Of a DNA stretch of 64,000 bases, positions 30,526 through 40,491 are shown in pieces; positions within the stretch are counted from its first letter, which is position 1; each line of letters begins with the position of its first letter. The stretch comes from Armatimonadota bacterium (GTDB taxonomy: Bacteria > Armatimonadota > SYMT01). Below the pieces are notes generated by a model. That model worked only from the letters and a program-made list of their open reading frames with translations, had not been told where the DNA came from and did not search any database. The stretch is taken from positions 896,001 through 960,000 of the forward strand of contig JAWLHY010000001.1 of assembly GCA_041690135.1 (NCBI GenBank), given 5' to 3'. Position numbers and translations under genes: made by a program.

Positions 30526-30547
30526 GCGGATAAGGGACTGGAGCAGT

Positions 30548-32362
30548 ATGGCGAGCGGCGATCGACAGGCGCATATTCGGAATTTCTGCATCATCGCGCA
30601 CATCGACCATGGGAAGTCGACCCTGGCCGACCGCCTGCTGGAGGTGACGGGCACCATCAGCCGCGAGCAGCACCAGGACCAGATGCTCGACAAGATGGAT
30701 ATCGAGCGTGAGCGCGGTATCACCATCAAGATGGCGTCTGTTCGCATGTCCTACACAGCGGACGACGGGCAAGAGTACGAGCTTAACCTCATCGACACCC
30801 CCGGGCACGTGGACTTCACCTACGAAGTTTCCCGCTCCCTGGCGGCGTGCGAAGGGGCCATTTTGGTGGTCGACGCGGCCCAGGGTGTCGAGGCGCAAAC
30901 TATCGCCAACGTCAACCTGGCGCTCAACAACGACCTGACCCTGGTCCCCGTGTTGAACAAGATCGACCTCCCTGCCGCCGACCCGGAGCGGGTGGTTGCG
31001 GAAGTGGAAGAGACGCTGGCCATCCCCCAAGAGGAGTGCATCCTCGCCAGCGCCAAGGAGGGCATTGGCGTCAAGGAAATCCTGGAAGCCGTAGTCCAGC
31101 GCGTCCCGCCCCCGAAGGGCGATCCGGACGCACCCCTCCGCGCCCTGATTTACGACAGTCATTTCGATCCGTACCTGGGCATCGTGGCCTACGTTCGCGT
31201 GGTAGACGGCTCCCTCCGCCCACAGCAGAAGATCCGGATGATGTCCACCGGCCGGGAATTCGAAGTCACCGGCGTCGGTGTGTTCAAGCCGCACATGCAG
31301 CCGGCGAGTGGCCTGGGGGCGGGCCAGGTAGGCTTCGTGCACGCCGCCATCAAGTCGATCGGCGATTGCCGCGTGGGCGACACCATAACGGGCGTGGGGG
31401 ACCAGAGGGCCTCGGAGATGCTGCCGGGGTACAAGCAGGTCAAGCCGATGGTATTCTGTGGCCTGTACCCGGTGGTGGGTGAAGACTACCCGGACCTTCG
31501 CGAGGCTCTCGGCAAGCTGCAGCTCAACGACTCGTCGCTCACCTACGAGCCGGAGACCTCCGCGGCCCTCGGCTTCGGGTTCCGCTGCGGGTTCCTCGGA
31601 TTGCTCCACAGCGACGTCATCCAGGAACGGCTGGAGCGGGAGTTCGATCTTGACCTGATCGCCACGTCTCCGTCCGTGATCTACCGAGTGACGACCACCG
31701 ACGGCAAGGTCCACGAGATCGACAACCCGGCCAACTGGCCGCAGGTCCAGAAGATCGCCAGCATCACCGAGCCTTACGTGGATGCCACGGTCATCACGCC
31801 GAAGCACTACGTGGGCACCTGTATGGAGCTGTGCAACGACCGCCGCGGTATCTTCAAGCACATGGAATACGCGGGGACGGAGCGCGTGATCCTGAGCTAC
31901 CAACTCCCCCTTGCCGAGATCCTGATGGACTTCTTCGACAGTCTCAAGTCGCGGACGAAGGGGTACGCCTCCTTCGATTACGAGCTGTCCGGTTACCAGG
32001 AGAGCCCCCTGGTGAAGATGGACATCCTGATCAACGGCGACCCGGTGGACGCCCTGTCGTTCATCACCCACCGGGAGCGGGCCTACACCCGCGGCAAGCA
32101 GCTCGTGGAGCGCCTTAAGGAGATCCTGCCGCGGCAGATGTTCGAGATCCGCATCCAGGCCGCCCTCGGCAGCAAGATCGTAGCCGCGGAACAGGTCCGC
32201 GCCCTGCGTAAGGACGTGCTGGCCAAGTGCTACGGCGGCGACATCAGCCGGAAGCGCAAGCTGCTGGAAAAGCAGAAGGAAGGCAAGAAGCGGATGAAGT
32301 CCATCGGCCGCGTCGAAATCCCGCAGGAGGCCTTCCTCTCCGTCCTCCGCGTTTCGGACTAG
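30548..32362 (+). CDS. lepA: Elongation factor 4 LepA
   Basis: [70 protein letters not shown]. Confidence 0.99.
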   Translation: MASGDRQAHIRNFCIIAHIDHGKSTLADRLLEVTGTISREQHQDQMLDKMDIERERGITIKMASVRMSYTADDGQEYELNLIDTPGHVDFTYEVSRSLAACEGAILVVDAAQGVEAQTIANVNLALNNDLTLVPVLNKIDLPAADPERVVAEVEETLAIPQEECILASAKEGIGVKEILEAVVQRVPPPKGDPDAPLRALIYDSHFDPYLGIVAYVRVVDGSLRPQQKIRMMSTGREFEVTGVGVFKPHMQPASGLGAGQVGFVHAAIKSIGDCRVGDTITGVGDQRASEMLPGYKQVKPMVFCGLYPVVGEDYPDLREALGKLQLNDSSLTYEPETSAALGFGFRCGFLGLLHSDVIQERLEREFDLDLIATSPSVIYRVTTTDGKVHEIDNPANWPQVQKIASITEPYVDATVITPKHYVGTCMELCNDRRGIFKHMEYAGTERVILSYQLPLAEILMDFFDSLKSRTKGYASFDYELSGYQESPLVKMDILINGDPVDALSFITHRERAYTRGKQLVERLKEILPRQMFEIRIQAALGSKIVAAEQVRALRKDVLAKCYGGDISRKRKLLEKQKEGKKRMKSIGRVEIPQEAFLSVLRVSD

Positions 32363-32402
32363 CCCCCGCGCCGCTTGCGGCTGAACGTGATTCAGGTGTA
32401 CC

Positions 32403-33185
32403 ATGGCGTCCATGAATGGACGTGTTGCACTGGTGACGGGCGCGGGCAGCGGGATCGGCCGCGCGACGGCGGAGGCGCTGGCGGAAGCCGGGGCCGCAGT
32501 TGCCGTTTCGGATTTGAATGAGGCCACGGCCGCAGCGGTGGCTGACGGCATCCTCACGCAAGGCGGCCGCGCAATCGCACTGGCGGGCGACGTCTCCCGG
32601 CGGGAGGATGCCCGCCGCTGGGTCGAAACCACGCAGCGGCAGTTCGGGCGTCTCGACGTGCTGGTCAACAACGCGGGTCTCCAGCACGTGTCCCCGGTCC
32701 ACGAGTTCGATGAGGACCGCTGGGATCAGCTCATCGGCGTGATGCTCACGGGAGCGTTCCTCACGACCCGTTACGCACTTCCTGGGATGCTGGAGCGCGG
32801 CTGGGGGCGCATCATCAACCTGGGCTCCATCCATTCCCTGGTGGCCTCTCGCTACAAGTCGGCGTACGTGGCAGCCAAGTTCGGGCTGCTGGGGCTCACC
32901 AAAACGGTGGCCCTGGAAACCGCCGGCACCGGAGTAACGGTCAACTGCGTTTGTCCCGCCTACGTCCGCACACCGCTCATCGAGAATCAGGTGCCCCTGC
33001 TGGCGCAGAAGCACGGCATTCCGGAGGACGAGGTCATCCGCACGATCATCCTGCCGAACTGCCCGCTGGGTCGCCTGCTGGAGCCGCGGGAGGTAGCCGA
33101 AACCCTCCTCTATCTCTGCAGCGACGCGGCCGCCGGAATGACCGGTGCAGCCCTCCCCCTCGACGGCGGCTGGACCGCCCAGTGA
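32403..33185 (+). CDS. 3-hydroxybutyrate dehydrogenase-like SDR
   Basis: NNAGLQHVSP..EF, S.H.LVAS..KSAYVAAK, CPAYVRTPL, DGGWTAQ. Confidence 0.85.
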   Translation: MASMNGRVALVTGAGSGIGRATAEALAEAGAAVAVSDLNEATAAAVADGILTQGGRAIALAGDVSRREDARRWVETTQRQFGRLDVLVNNAGLQHVSPVHEFDEDRWDQLIGVMLTGAFLTTRYALPGMLERGWGRIINLGSIHSLVASRYKSAYVAAKFGLLGLTKTVALETAGTGVTVNCVCPAYVRTPLIENQVPLLAQKHGIPEDEVIRTIILPNCPLGRLLEPREVAETLLYLCSDAAAGMTGAALPLDGGWTAQ

Positions 33186-33195
33186 CGAGGTTAGG

Positions 33196-33243
33196 GATAA
33201 GGATGGAGATGAAGATGGAGATGTGGACAACGATAAGGATCAG
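33196..33243 (+). repeat. Degenerate hexamer tandem repeat (GAYNNN x8)
   Basis: gataag gatgga gatgaa gatgga gatgtg gacaac gataag gatcag. Confidence 0.6.
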
Positions 33244-33258
33244 GAGAGCGGAACCGAA

Positions 33259-34545
33259 TTGAGTTCCTCACTCATCCAGCTTGGGGGGGGACCTTCGGTG
33301 GCCGCCACTCGCGCCCATTCGCGAGCATTCGCGGATGGAACCGCCGCGCGCGCTCCGCTGGCGCTGTACGTGCACATTCCGTTCTGCGTGCGGAAGTGCT
33401 ACTACTGCGACTTCAACTCCGGCCCCGCCTCGGAAGCGATCCGCAACCAGTTCGTGGATGCCGTCGTCGCGGAGATCCGCACCTCTCCCTGGAAGGGTTC
33501 GCCCGCCCGCACCGTCTTCTTCGGCGGCGGCACCCCGTCGGAGTTGAACACGGCCCAACTTGCTCGCATCACCACCGCCCTCCGCGAAACCTTCGCCTTC
33601 TCCGGACAGCCGAAATCCCTTGCCTCGACCCTACCTCCACACTCCCCTACCTCTACACCTCCACACCCGGAGCCGGAGTGGACCATCGAGTGCAACCCGG
33701 GCACGGTGTCGCTGGAGTCGCTGCGGGCGATGCGGGAAATGGGCTTCAACCGGATCAGCCTGGGGGTGCAGACGTTCCAAGACCATCACCTGAAAGCGCT
33801 CGGCCGGATCCACACCGCGGCGGAAGCGGCCGAGGCGGTGACCGCGGCCCGATCTGCGGGGTTCCACCGGTTGAACGTCGACCTCATCTTCTGCCTGCCG
33901 GGGCAGACGTTCGAAGAATGGAAGAGCGACCTCGAAGCGGCCTTCGCCCTGGAGCCGGAGCACCTTTCGCTGTATAACCTGACCATTGAGGAGAACACGG
34001 AATTCGGGCGCAGACACCGCCTCGGAATCTTGTCTCTCCCTGATGAGGACCTCTCTGCCGACATGTACGAGTGGACGCTTGACCGATGCTCGGTCAAGGG
34101 CTTTGAACAGTACGAGGTTTCTAACTTCGCACGCGCCGGTGAAGAGTGCCGGCACAATCAGGTCTACTGGCGACAGGAGCCATTCATCGGTTTCGGTCCC
34201 AGCGCCGCGTCGTACTTCGACGGGGTCCGCTGGACCAATACCGGCAGCATGCAACGTTACCTCGCCACGGCGGCACACGACACGGGGCCCGAAAGGGCCA
34301 CGGAAGAGGAACTTCCCCCGGTCGAAGCCGCCGGCGAGACGATCATGCTGGGGCTCCGCACGCGCGAGGGAGTGGATTTCGAAGCAGTAGCCGCACGCTA
34401 CGGCCTCGACGCGGAACGGCAATACGGTGAGGTGACCCGCCAACTGGTTGAGGACGGCCTGGCCTATCGGGACGGCCGACATCTCAAGCTCACACGCCGA
34501 GGGATTCTCCTGGCCAATGCCGTTTGTGCCCAGTTCCTGACCTGA
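33259..34545 (+). CDS. hemW: Radical SAM heme chaperone HemW
   Basis: LYVHIPFCVRKCYYCDF, FGGGTPS, RISLGVQ, YEVSNFA, HNQVYW; downstream of lepA. Start uncertain (33259 or 33298). Confidence 0.92.
   Translation: MSSSLIQLGGGPSVAATRAHSRAFADGTAARAPLALYVHIPFCVRKCYYCDFNSGPASEAIRNQFVDAVVAEIRTSPWKGSPARTVFFGGGTPSELNTAQLARITTALRETFAFSGQPKSLASTLPPHSPTSTPPHPEPEWTIECNPGTVSLESLRAMREMGFNRISLGVQTFQDHHLKALGRIHTAAEAAEAVTAARSAGFHRLNVDLIFCLPGQTFEEWKSDLEAAFALEPEHLSLYNLTIEENTEFGRRHRLGILSLPDEDLSADMYEWTLDRCSVKGFEQYEVSNFARAGEECRHNQVYWRQEPFIGFGPSAASYFDGVRWTNTGSMQRYLATAAHDTGPERATEEELPPVEAAGETIMLGLRTREGVDFEAVAARYGLDAERQYGEVTRQLVEDGLAYRDGRHLKLTRRGILLANAVCAQFLT
33629..33668 (+). repeat. Octamer tandem repeat inside hemW
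   Basis: ccctacct ccacactc ccctacct ctacacct ccacaccc. Confidence 0.7.
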
Positions 34546-34574
34546 GCGATCGGGCGAAGATGGAAAGGCACTCC

Positions 34575-35750
34575 ATGAGCCAAACAAGAGAAGACAACCT
34601 GTCGTCCGTGGGACGGACCGCGCTGGGCCTGGTGGTGCTGGGGTTCTCCAGCGCCCTCTTCGGTGCCCTGGTCGTCGGGCCGCGGTTGGGTGAGCAGTTG
34701 GTACCCGCCGCGTCGGCCCTCGAGAAGCGCCCCGTTTCCGGTCCACAACCGGCCGCCTCCGACGAAACGGCCGGTGTCGCACAAGAGGGTGGTGAGCAAC
34801 TTGCTTCCGTGGATGTCGCGGAGCGGGACGCCCCTCCCGGAATCAGTACCTCCGATACCACAGAGGTTGCGACCGGCGACCCCGCGCAGGAGCCGGCCGG
34901 TCCCGATGCCGATCCCGACCAGGGAATACCTGGGGCGGCGGATGCGGATCCCAAAACAAACGCAAACGGTGTTACGGCGCTTCCCGCGGCATTGCCCGGT
35001 GCTCCGGGGGCTTCCCGTGTTGCCGCCGAAGTCGCCCCGCCGCAGCCGGCGGTTGCTGCCGACGATACCGACCGGCTCGCGGCCGAACGGGAACGGGAAG
35101 CTGCCCGAGAGCGAGAGGCGGAAGCCCAACGTCTGAAGGAAGCGGCAGCCCGTAGCAGGCGTGAGGCTGAAGAGCGTCGGCAGCGAGCGGCCGAGTTGGC
35201 GCGCCAGGAACGGGAGCGGCGGCAGGCTGAGGAGCGAGAACGGGAGCGGGCAGCGGAACGCGAACGCGAAGCCCAGGCCAAAGAGCGCGAGCGCGAACAG
35301 CGTCTCGCCGCGGAGCGCGAACGTCGCGAGGAAGAGCAGCGCCGGGAAGCCGCACGTAAGCCGAGGAGCCAGGGACCCCGGCGCGCTGCGGCTGATGCCG
35401 ATCGCAAGCCGCAGCGGCAAGCGATCCGCCCGTCCGCGACGGACCCTGCCGAGCGGAAAGCAGCGGTCAGCCCCCGCGCCTCGTCGGCGGCCCTCCCGGT
35501 GATCCGTCCGGAAGTGGCCGAGGACCAGGGTGTGTTCAAAGTCCGGGTGGGACGGTTCAAGTCCCGCGAGGAAGCGGAGAAAGCACGAGACGCGCTGAAC
35601 CGCAGTGCCGGGAAAGAGGCCTTCCTGGTGCGGGACGGTGAAACCTACCGTCTCCAGGTGGGAGCGTACAAAGACCGCGCTAACGCGGATAAATTAGCAG
35701 GAGAGTTGCAGGGCTCGGGGTCTCGTTCCGAGTCGGGCTCCGACCGCTAA
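34575..35750 (+). CDS. SPOR-domain membrane protein (FtsN/DedD-like architecture)
   Basis: N-terminal TM, E/R-rich coiled coil, C-terminal VRVGRFKSREEAE and YRLQVGAY.DRANA. Confidence 0.85.
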   Translation: MSQTREDNLSSVGRTALGLVVLGFSSALFGALVVGPRLGEQLVPAASALEKRPVSGPQPAASDETAGVAQEGGEQLASVDVAERDAPPGISTSDTTEVATGDPAQEPAGPDADPDQGIPGAADADPKTNANGVTALPAALPGAPGASRVAAEVAPPQPAVAADDTDRLAAEREREAAREREAEAQRLKEAAARSRREAEERRQRAAELARQERERRQAEERERERAAEREREAQAKEREREQRLAAERERREEEQRREAARKPRSQGPRRAAADADRKPQRQAIRPSATDPAERKAAVSPRASSAALPVIRPEVAEDQGVFKVRVGRFKSREEAEKARDALNRSAGKEAFLVRDGETYRLQVGAYKDRANADKLAGELQGSGSRSESGSDR

Positions 35751-35779
35751 AGGCAACTAACCAGAAGTAGAGTGAAGCG

Positions 35780-36259
35780 ATGAAACGCCCGGAAGCGCCC
35801 GCCCGCGACAGCAAGAAGATGGTCGCCGTCAACCGGCGGGCGCGCCATGAGTACGACATTACCGACACCGTGGAAGCCGGCCTGGTCCTGACCGGCACGG
35901 AGATCAAGTCCGTGCGGGCCGGAAAGGTCCAGCTTAACGATGCCTATGCGCGGATCGAGAATGGCGAGGCGTGGCTCCACGGAATGCACATTGCGCCGTA
36001 CGAGCACGGTCATCGGACCAACGTGGAGAGCGTCCGCAAGCGCAAGATGCTGCTTCACCGCCGTGAGATCGACCGCCTCTTCGGAAAAGCCCAGGAAAAG
36101 GGCCTGACCCTGGTGCCGCTTTCGGTCTATCTGCGCAACGGCTTCGCGAAAGTGGAGCTGGCGGTCGCGAAGGGACGAAAGCTCTATGACCGCCGCGACG
36201 CGATCGCCGACCGGGAAGCGCGGCGGGAACAAGAACGTGCCATGAGCGAGCGAAGATGA
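35780..36259 (+). CDS. smpB: SsrA-binding protein SmpB
   Basis: NRRARHEY, EAGLVL.GTEIKS.R, RK.LLH..EI, KG.K.YD.R. Confidence 0.98.
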   Translation: MKRPEAPARDSKKMVAVNRRARHEYDITDTVEAGLVLTGTEIKSVRAGKVQLNDAYARIENGEAWLHGMHIAPYEHGHRTNVESVRKRKMLLHRREIDRLFGKAQEKGLTLVPLSVYLRNGFAKVELAVAKGRKLYDRRDAIADREARREQERAMSERR

Positions 36260-37113
36260 ACAAGAACCAACGTTTCGGCGCGCACATGGGTACGTCCGGC
36301 GGCCTTCACAATGCCCTCACCGCGGGTCGCGATGTCGGCTGCGACGTGGTCCAGATTTTCACCAAGAGCCCCCAGCAGTGGAAGGCGAAGGAGATCACCG
36401 AGGACCAGATCTCTGCCTTCCTGCGTGCACAAGAGGAGACGGGAGTTCCTTGTGTCGCCTCGCACGACAGCTATCTCATCAATCCTGCCGCGGCCGATCC
36501 CGAGCTGCTGCAGAAGAGCCGTAACGCCCTGGTGGATGAGCTGGTCCGCAGTTCTCGCCTTCGGATCCCCTACGTGGTCATGCACCAGGGAGCCTGCGGG
36601 GATGCCTCCGAAGAGGAGTCATTGGGACGCCTGGCGGAGACGGTCCGCTATGTATTGGACCGCGCACCGGAGGACGGCAGTGTCCTGCTTCTGGAAACGA
36701 CCGCCGGCCAGGGTACCTGCCTGGGCGATCACCTGGAGCACCTGGCCTACGTCTTCAATGAAGTTGATGCCGGCGACCGTCTGGCGGTGTGCCTGGATAC
36801 CTGCCACATGTTCGCTGCCGGCTACGACTTACGCGACGCGGAGAGCTACGCCGCCACCATGGAACAGGTGGAGCGGTTGATCGGCTTCCACCGGATCAAG
36901 CTGATCCACGCCAACGACTCGGTGAAGGGGTTAGGCAGTCACGTGGACCGCCACGCCCATATCGGTCAGGGCGAGCTCGGCCTGGAGGCGTTCCGCCTCC
37001 TCCTCACGGATCCCCGGCTGGCCGAAGTCCCCGTGGTGCTCGAAACCCCTAAGAAAGACGAGATGGACCCGGTCAACCTGGCGGCTCTGCGTGCTGCGGC
37101 GGGAGTTGCCTGA
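36256..37113 (+). CDS. nfo: Endonuclease IV
   Basis: GAH, QIFTKSPQQW, H.SYLIN, LETTAGQG, CLDTCH.FAAGYD, H.NDS, DRH.HIG.G, LETP. Confidence 0.96.
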   Translation: MNKNQRFGAHMGTSGGLHNALTAGRDVGCDVVQIFTKSPQQWKAKEITEDQISAFLRAQEETGVPCVASHDSYLINPAAADPELLQKSRNALVDELVRSSRLRIPYVVMHQGACGDASEEESLGRLAETVRYVLDRAPEDGSVLLLETTAGQGTCLGDHLEHLAYVFNEVDAGDRLAVCLDTCHMFAAGYDLRDAESYAATMEQVERLIGFHRIKLIHANDSVKGLGSHVDRHAHIGQGELGLEAFRLLLTDPRLAEVPVVLETPKKDEMDPVNLAALRAAAGVA

Positions 37114-37612
37114 ACCAACCATCCAAATAAGCAATGCCCAGGATCGTCATTGCGAAGGCCAGACGCTGTAGCGTGTTGCCAAGAGGCTGCCGCATCTGTG
37201 TAACGACCGCTCCCCTGACCAGGGGGCCTGCCACGTCGGGTAACGGGGTACGTGGTCAGCGTGGCTGTGCTCCGACCTGGCGACGGCTTGGGGTCTGTGA
37301 AGTCGGTGGGGTTCTACCCCTCCTCGCAGAGACAGTCGCGTGGCTTCTAAACAGACTATGCTCAAGGTCGTCATTGCGAAGCCAGCCAGGGCGCGGTTGG
37401 TGGGGAGAAACAGCTACTGCCTACTTCCAGCCTATGGTTGTACGCCGCCGCAATGCCGGCTGTGGCAATCCCCCTGGTGAATGGACCAGTTAACCGTCTA
37501 CGGAGTCTCCGGCTGGGATCGCGGCGCCGTTCCTGGCCAGTGCAGAGACCCATTTTGGCTGGTCTTGGGCAGCAGGCTGCCGCACCCGTGTAAGGACATC
37601 TCCCCTGACCAG

Positions 37613-38092
37613 CTACGCGGCCAGGGGGAGTTCGTCCTCACCGATCAATTCCGGCAGGCGCATCTGCTGCGCGCCGAGGGCGGGAACTGTCAGCAACTTG
37701 CCGGCGAGCCAGTCCGCGAAGACCTGCGCTTCCTGCCACTTACCGATGCCCTCCGCCCGGTTCTTGCCGGTTAGCGCCAGGACCTCGCACTGGTGCATAC
37801 CGCGGCGGTCGCGTACCGCCAGGAACTCCTGGTAGATCGCCTCGATTCGCGCCACGGACTCGCGCGCCAACTCCACGTTCTTGAACCGCAGCACGCCGGC
37901 CAAGCGCGAAGCATAGCGGTTCTGCGGCCCTGTCGAGGTGTACAGGTCCACGTACTCCGGCGTGCACCCATGTTCGATCAGGGCGTTCGCCACGTAGCTC
38001 GGGTCCGTCTGCAGCAGCTCGGCGATGGCCTCGACCCGTAGACCCTTCTCGTGCATCCCCACCGCCAGCTCTTTCTTTGTCATCCTACTCAT
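37613..38092 (-). CDS. Hypothetical protein with N-terminal HTH-like segment
   Basis: G..VEAIAELL.TDPSYVANAL; coding-like codon pattern. Confidence 0.7.
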   Translation of the reverse strand: MSRMTKKELAVGMHEKGLRVEAIAELLQTDPSYVANALIEHGCTPEYVDLYTSTGPQNRYASRLAGVLRFKNVELARESVARIEAIYQEFLAVRDRRGMHQCEVLALTGKNRAEGIGKWQEAQVFADWLAGKLLTVPALGAQQMRLPELIGEDELPLAA

Positions 38093-38145
38093 CTGTCGTT
38101 ACTCCCAATCCGACAGATGAATTATAGCAAATATCTGTTTGCTAA

Positions 38146-39096
38146 TCAATAGCCAAGGTCGAGGCGGTCGAGACAGCTCCGCAGGATTTCCGGCTCCCAT
38201 TCGGGGCGTTCCGGGCTGCGCGGATGGGTGCGAGAGGTCGCTATCCTTCCCTGGGCGTGCAGGAAGTAGGCTGCCGAATGCTTGTAGGCGGGCACCGGAG
38301 CGCGGAAGGCGACGTTGCCGAGATACTGGAGCGCTTCGGCCAACTCCATGTAGGCAGGATCCCCCGTTTCCCACATGCGATCCCGCTCGGCGAACTTCTC
38401 CGGGCAGAAAGTCGCCAGACCCAGCAGGTAGTCGCTTCCGTATTCGATCATGTCGATGCCGAGGTCGTTACCGGTGTAAACCCGGAACTCGGGCCGGTAC
38501 TCGTCACGCAGCTCCAGGCGCCGCAGCTCCACGAGTTTGCTCAGTGAGGAGTGCTTGGCGCCGACCAATTCCGGGATGTCCAGCATTCCACGGAACGTTT
38601 CCTCGTCCCAGATCTCGCCGTTGGGTGCGAACATCTTGCCCAGTTCGAAACCAATGACCGCCCCCTGTCCGCGGCAGATCTCCCGGTAGGCGGCTACTTT
38701 CTCCGCGGGCGAGAGGTGGTGCAGGCGCGAGGTTTGGAAGAGGATGGGAGTGCCGCCATACCGGTGGATTCGTTCGATCTCACGTCGGTAGAGATCGACG
38801 ACCTCCCCCTCTCGGCCCTCGATGAAGGCCCCGGCGACGAACTCGGTTCCGGATCCCAGTGCCTCCCGCGCCAGGGCCAGCACCTGCTCCTTCTCCGCGT
38901 CGGAGAGCAGGTTGGCGTAACCCGTGTCCATGTTCACGGCGTTAACGAGGCCGGCGGCGTGAGTTGCCTGGAGATGGCGCTGGAAGTCCTCCTCCGCGAT
39001 GTTCCCATCAGCCCGGTAGGGCAACAGGGCGGCCGCGATCCCGTGAATTTTGCGTCCGGGTCGTAAGCGTGAGTAGATCTTCTGCAGTCGGCTCAT
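38146..39096 (-). CDS. Dihydrodipicolinate synthase-like (class I aldolase) protein
   Basis: AVNMDTGYANLL, GAKHSSL, YTGNDLGIDM..YGSDYLLGL. Confidence 0.8.
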   Translation of the reverse strand: MSRLQKIYSRLRPGRKIHGIAAALLPYRADGNIAEEDFQRHLQATHAAGLVNAVNMDTGYANLLSDAEKEQVLALAREALGSGTEFVAGAFIEGREGEVVDLYRREIERIHRYGGTPILFQTSRLHHLSPAEKVAAYREICRGQGAVIGFELGKMFAPNGEIWDEETFRGMLDIPELVGAKHSSLSKLVELRRLELRDEYRPEFRVYTGNDLGIDMIEYGSDYLLGLATFCPEKFAERDRMWETGDPAYMELAEALQYLGNVAFRAPVPAYKHSAAYFLHAQGRIATSRTHPRSPERPEWEPEILRSCLDRLDLGY

Positions 39097-39228
39097 TTGT
39101 CTCTCCAGCGGGCTTCCGCACCATGCCAGCCCTTACTTGCCACCGTTACAGTGGGCCGTTATCCGGGGAAATTATAGTTCCCCGTCACCTTTTTCGGGCT
39201 GTGGGAATAATAGGACTGGAGGTGCGAG

Positions 39229-40491
39229 ATGGCGACAGAACGCGTACAGCTTCGGGGGCACATCATCGACTCGCTCTTGCTGCCGAAGGTGCTGGACGAG
39301 ATCGCGGCCCGCAGCGGCCGTTTCGAGCTGGAAGAGCTGGTAGTAGCCCAGCGGCGGGACGAGACGAGCCACGCGCGTATCCGCGTGGAAGCGGATAGCG
39401 AGGAGATTCTGACCGACATCCTCACCCGCATCCAGGAGCATGGCGCGGAACTGGTGGATGGGCGCGAGGCGACGCTCGTCGCGGCCCCGGCGGACGGCGT
39501 GTTTCCGGAGCAGTTCTTCGTCACCAGCAACCACCCCACCCAGGTGCGCTGCGGCAACCGCTGGCTACCGGTATCACCCGTGCGGATGGACTGCGGGGTG
39601 GTGGTCGACCCGGAGTCCGGTGTTGCGCGCGCCGCGAAGTTTGCGCAGGTGCGGAAGGGGGATCGGGTGGTCGTGGGCCATCACGGGATCCGGGTCCTGC
39701 CGCTGGAGAGGGCGACCCGCCGTTCGAGCAGTTTTGAATTCATGGCCAGTGAGGTGTCGGCGGAAAAGCCGAAGGCGGTCGCGATCCGCGCCGTGGCCGA
39801 GACGATGCGCGCTACTCGTGCCGCCGGCGAGAAGATCCTGCTGGTGGCAGGCCCGGCCGTGGTGCACACCGGGGCCTCGCCGCACGTGATGCGCCTGATC
39901 GAGATGGGCTACGTGGATGTTCTCTTCGCCGGGAATGCGCTCGCCGTGCACGACATTGAGCGCGCATTCTACGGCACGGCACTCGGGGTTCACCTGGAGT
40001 ACGGCACCCCGGTGGAAGCGGGACACCAGCACCACCTCCACGCCATCAACCGGATCCGCCATGCGGGCGGCATCCGACAGGCGGTGGAAACGGGCGTCCT
40101 CACGAGCGGTCTGATGCACGCTTGCGTCCGGCACGGGGTGGAATACGTTCTGGGCGGTAGTGTGCGGGATGATGGGCCGTTGCCTGAGGTGATTACGGAC
40201 GTAGTACAGGCGCAGTTGGCGATGGCGGAGAAGATCCACGGAGTGGGTTTTGCCCTGATGGTGGCCACGATGTTGCACAGTATTGCCGCGGGCAACCTGC
40301 TACCGGCTTCGTGCCGGATCGCGTGCGTCGATATCAACCCGAGTGTGGTTACGAAGCTGGCGGACCGGGGGAGCTTCCAGGCCGCGGGGATCGTTACGGA
40401 CGTAGAGCCGTTTTTCCATGAGCTTCTGACCTACCTCACCGACCTCACCGACCTCGCCGAACCCGTTGGAACGGAGAACCCGGATGCGTAG
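39229..40491 (+). CDS. TIGR00300-family LOR/SDH-like protein (ornithine cyclodeaminase part of ArgZ/AgrE)
   Basis: GHIIDS, DGVFP..F..T.N, FEFM.S.VS.E, GNALAVHDIE, GS.RDDGPLP, TMLHSIA.GN, KL.DRGS. Confidence 0.88.
   Translation: MATERVQLRGHIIDSLLLPKVLDEIAARSGRFELEELVVAQRRDETSHARIRVEADSEEILTDILTRIQEHGAELVDGREATLVAAPADGVFPEQFFVTSNHPTQVRCGNRWLPVSPVRMDCGVVVDPESGVARAAKFAQVRKGDRVVVGHHGIRVLPLERATRRSSSFEFMASEVSAEKPKAVAIRAVAETMRATRAAGEKILLVAGPAVVHTGASPHVMRLIEMGYVDVLFAGNALAVHDIERAFYGTALGVHLEYGTPVEAGHQHHLHAINRIRHAGGIRQAVETGVLTSGLMHACVRHGVEYVLGGSVRDDGPLPEVITDVVQAQLAMAEKIHGVGFALMVATMLHSIAAGNLLPASCRIACVDINPSVVTKLADRGSFQAAGIVTDVEPFFHELLTYLTDLTDLAEPVGTENPDA

Noticed and set aside
35080-35350. Repetitive GAGCG-rich DNA as a possible array
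   Set aside because: Encodes the E/R coiled coil of the SPOR protein; no repeat-spacer structure.
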